A stretch of 64,000 bases of DNA from the human T2T-CHM13v2.0 reference genome, Homo sapiens, in the NCBI RefSeq assembly GCF_009914755.1, contig NC_060932.1; one strand, given 5' to 3'. The notes beneath the pieces were generated by a model, which was not told where the DNA came from, did no database searches, and saw only the letters and a program-made list of their open reading frames with translations. Shown here in pieces: positions 58,259 through 64,000 of this stretch. The first letter of the stretch is position 1. Each line of letters begins with the position of its first letter. A program made the position numbers and the translations under genes.

Positions 58259-59049
58259 ACATATATTCTTAGAATAATTTTTTCTCTGCCCTACAGCCAA
58301 ACCTTTTACAGTTAAGGCATTAAAATAAAACAAAACAAGTACAAGTTTATAAGAATCACTCTATCTGCATGCATCAACAGAAAATAAACATTAATGAGCA
58401 TATCATTTAAAAAAAAGAAATTAAAAACAAATTTCTAACAGCTATCCATCTCCCACCCCATGATTTTTATAATATACTAATAATATTTTTTCCAATTTAT
58501 TCTATTTTTCAAATTTCTCTATGACATTATTCAGAAATTCATAATTGTTTAATATATGTAAACTTGACTATTTTGACTTAGTTTTTTTTCTTAGGTAAGA
58601 CATTGTAATTCTATGCATTTCATAATTATATTAGGTACTTAATAATTTGTCTTGTTCTTTATTCAAGTTTATATAATGTCATCATTTTTAGTTCAGTTAT
58701 AATTTTTGTGTGTATGTGTATGTACACGTGTATACTTTCTGTGCTGTACTGTGTGCCATTATTTTATAGTATTTTTTCTTACTATATTTATTATAGACTC
58801 TTAAAATCCATACTTATAGTTTTTGATATCCATTGTTAAGTACCCTTTGTTTGTTTCCCAAAAATATCTTGGTGTTTTGCATACCAATTCTTACAAACAA
58901 TATTTAGGATTAATTTGTCTAGTTTGAAAACAAATAAACAAGCAAATAAAACTTTCCTTTTTTATTTTAAAAATAAACACTTAGCAGGTCTCACATAATT
59001 ATGCTTAAAATGACTATTCTGTAAATTTAGTTTAAGTACATGTGATTTC

Positions 59050-59415
59050 TGTATTAGTCTGTTCTCACACTGCTAATCAATAAGATATACCTGAGACTGG
59101 GTAATTTATAAAGAGAAGAGGTTTAATTGACTCACAGTTCACCATAGCTGAGGAGACCTCAGGAAGCTTACAATCATGGGGAAAGGGGAAGCAAACACAT
59201 TGTTCTTCACATGGCAGCAGAATGAGAGCTGAGCAAAGGGGGAAGTCCCTTATAAAACCATCAGATCTCAAGAGAACTTACTATCAGGAGAATAGAATGG
59301 GAAAACTGCCCTATGATTTGATTACCTCCTACGGATTCCCTCCCACCACAAGTGGGGATTATAGGAACTATAATTGAAGGTGAGATTTGGGTGGGGACAC
59401 AGCCAAACCATATTA
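59050..59415 (-). mobile_element. THE1 (C/D-like) solo LTR
   Basis: TGTATTAGTCTGTTCTCACACTGCT...GAGATTTGGGTGGGGACACAGCCAAACCATAT. Confidence 0.9.
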
Positions 59416-59579
59416 ATTGTATTGCAAAATACTAATAAGAAAATAGGAGAAATTTGTGTCTTATTCTGTATCTATGTTACACAAATCATAAACCTAAAAT
59501 TGAGCTAAAATATCCTTTTGTCTTAAAGCTACGAAAATCCAAAAGTATAAAAACTCTTCCACTGTTGACAATTTAGAAG

Positions 59580-60865
59580 AGGTTACAGTCGTACAGGCCA
59601 GAGAATAAGTATGGTGGGCCAAGCAAAGAGACCATTGCTAGTCCCTCCCTATCTCTACCTCTGAGGCTGGAACCAAACTTAAGCAACGGGAGCTCTCCCA
59701 AAGGAGTTAAGCATGCCAAGGCCAGAAATGAGCAAGGGCAGTATGACAAAGGACTTTAGAGGTGGTTGGGTCTCCTTGGCTTTCATTTCAAGGGTACTGT
59801 CACCTGTGAAGATCTCAACACATGGCTAGGAGGCCAGGGCCCACTCAGTTCAGATGGCAGCCATGTTGATTATAGGACCAGGGCATCCACGGAAAAGATA
59901 AGCATTTTCCCAGCATCCTTCAGGCCAGGCATGGGGTGGGACCTCACTGGGATCTAGGGCAGGTCAGGATCCCATCAGGCCATGGAAAGAGGTTGGGGTG
60001 CTCTTGCATAACTAGAGAGTACCTTGGCCACCTAGAGGAGGAACTTCCACTGAGGACATTTTGGTAGCTGGGGAGCCATGATTGGCTCCAGCCAGGTACA
60101 GTGGAGCCATCGGGGAGAGGCAGGAACAGTGTAACTGCTGTCACCATTCCCTTCAAGTGTTGGACCCAGCAGGATGTCTGGTACTTAGATGGTGGGAAGG
60201 GCCTAGATTCTCACTAAACCTGCAGCTGGTTTAAAACTGATTACAGAGCTGCCTGTAAAGGGGTTAACCTCATTGCCCTCATTCCACCACACCCTTCAGT
60301 CCCTCAATCCTCCATTCCGTACTCCCACCCCTGCGGTATTTTGGATTCTGAGGGATGGATTCCATGGGTCCCAGGCAAGGTTGGGAATGGTGATGAGAGA
60401 TACGATGTGTTGATCAGCATCTGGAGGATTGATCCCAGCACTGGGCAATTTTGATTCGCCTCATGCTCCCCGCCCAGCAGGTGCCTGGACTATTCTCCTA
60501 TCATGGCTCTGGATTCTGCCATCCTGCTGCTGCACACGAGATAAACTGGGAATTCTGGAAGCTGCCAGCAAAGGTGTTAAAAGCAAACTGCCCAGAGTTC
60601 CGTGGCAGCAAGAACATGCACTTATCCACATTCTCAAAGAGTTGCCAGCTCTAGTCCATGAAGGCTGCATAGGGTGTAGATATTCATGGTTTCTTCTAGA
60701 AGTGTTTTAATGAAACCAGAATATCATCAGCAAAAATAATCTGGAAGGCAAATAAGATCTCTGCTGAGCAGCAGTTCCAGAATGGACCTTCCAGGCTGTG
60801 GCTGCACTTGGACCACAGTACTGTTGCCCATCTCGACACCAAAGTTTTATATCGATGCTTAGTTC
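59580..60865 (-). pseudogene. Candidate decayed retrocopy fragment, parent unidentified
   Basis: GC-richer island in AT-rich DNA with no repeat motif I recognise; minus-strand protein-like frame with stops (FQIIFADDILVSLKHF*KKP*ISTPYAAFMD*SWQLFENVDKCMFLLPRNSGQFAFNTFAGSFQNSQF) followed by UTR-like sequence. Confidence 0.4.
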
Positions 60866-60879
60866 AATTTTTCTTATCA

Positions 60880-61130
60880 ACTTTTAAAAACAGCTTTATT
60901 GAATTATAATTTACAAAATATAAAATTACTCATTTAAACCATACAGTTCAGTGATTTTCAGTATGTTCACAACCATTATCATAATCAATATTAGAATATT
61001 TTTGCCCCCAAAAATGATACCCATGAGCACTTGCTCTCAATCTTCTATCCACCATAAACCCAGCCCCCATACAAACACTAGCCTATTTTTTGTCTCTATA
61101 GATTTGTCTTTTTGGAGCTTCATATAAATG
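60880..61130 (-). mobile_element. L1MB-like 3' end
   Basis: CAGCTTTATTGAATTATAATTTACA...CATTTAAACCATACAGTTCAGTGATTTT...TGTCTCTATAGATTTG. Confidence 0.75.
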
Positions 61131-61859
61131 CTTCTTATGTACTTTTATATTTTAGATATATTGATATAATAACTACTGACCAGAAAGTCAAAGATTCTAT
61201 GAACTTGCGTCATTAAAGGGTAAATTTTAAACACATTTTGTAAAAGACTAAAATTTTTATAAAAAGCCTTAATGAAATACCAACATTTTTCATTTACAAG
61301 GAAAGAGATGTTGTGACCTGCTGTTAAACATAATAAAAGACTATGTTACTAAGTAAATTAATATACTATATGCATAATATCAAGTATTCATGACTTTTCT
61401 AGGACTTTATTTATGGAGAGTTTTTAATACTATGCTCACTTCCATCAATTCCTAAATATTTCTGGAGTGTGTTTTTTTTATTAATCCGTGTGTGCTAGTA
61501 TATTCAAAATAGTTTTAAGGTTAGGCAAAGGAAAATATAATTACAAAGATAAATCTTCCCCCCAAGCACTCAACACACCCTCTGCACACATATGCTTTGA
61601 TTTTCCTAAAAGCCATTGCATCAGTTAAAACCATTATTCTTAAGCCTATTTGGCTGTTGGTCTAGCAGTGAAACCAGAGATTATTTGTTGACAAAGTTAA
61701 ATTAGTTTTGCTTCTGAAGCAGTCAGGAGAGATGTTTTACATATGGAAAATATAAATTGTGCTACAAGTTGTGATTTGTACATCTAGAGCAAAATTCCTC
61801 TCTCCAACCATATTTTCTCTATTGTGCCTTCTAAGGTGCCTAGGATTCAGTCTGTTAGT

Positions 61860-62079
61860 CTTTATCAGTGAAGGCAGTATGGGCATTTGGGCTAATCTTT
61901 TATTGTGCAACTCTGTGCTGTGCACTGCTAAATAGTCAGCATCCCTGGCTTCAAATCACTAAATACCAGTTGATCTATTTCCCTCATTGTAAAAACCAAA
62001 ACATAGTTTCACTTACTTACAAAATTCTCTTGGGGAGCATCACACCTTCTCTTCCCACCTTAGTTGAGGATTTCTGCTA
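61860..62079. mobile_element. MER3-like hAT MITE
   Basis: CAGCATCCCTGGC...CACTAAATACCAGT...TTGTAAAAACCAAAA...GTTGAGGATTTCTG. Confidence 0.6.
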
Positions 62080-62174
62080 AAATACAAATACAGTAACACT
62101 CTTACTAATTACATCTTCAGTTCAGATTTCTTTATCTCATGCACTAAACAGAAAATCATTAGGGCAAGGCTTTA

Positions 62175-64000
<1,826 letters not shown>

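Noticed and set aside
60429-60710. Plus-strand 93-aa ORF as a gene
   Set aside because: Non-ATG start and no recognisable homology; it looks like the antisense shadow of the decayed minus-strand frame

Overview
This is AT-rich human genomic DNA; a near-consensus AluYb8, a human-specific subfamily, points to human. It is dominated by interspersed repeats: L1 (MA/PA/MB/MC-ME types), Alu, MaLR/ERV LTRs, Tigger2, MER and L2/MIR relics. I find no intact protein-coding gene, RNA gene or CRISPR array, and the listed ORFs are repeat fragments or chance ORFs. I cannot support a novel biological system. The most interesting signals are structural. (1) A 16.5 kb nested stack (about 5.7-22.2 kb) is built on one full-length L1MA whose TSD is still visible. 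(2) A ~3.35 kb post-insertional inversion split an MST LTR, leaving its GCCAC TSDs in opposite orientation. (3) An old duplication copies an L1 5' end plus its flank. (4) A TSD-flanked G-rich non-repeat insert sits inside an L1. (5) A MER41A LTR extends past its normal end. (6) Two unique, mRNA-like minus-strand segments lie near the right end (59.6-60.9 kb and 62.5-64 kb), and I could not identify them. Subfamily names come from recalled consensus sequences, not a database search, and boundaries are approximate unless TSDs are quoted.
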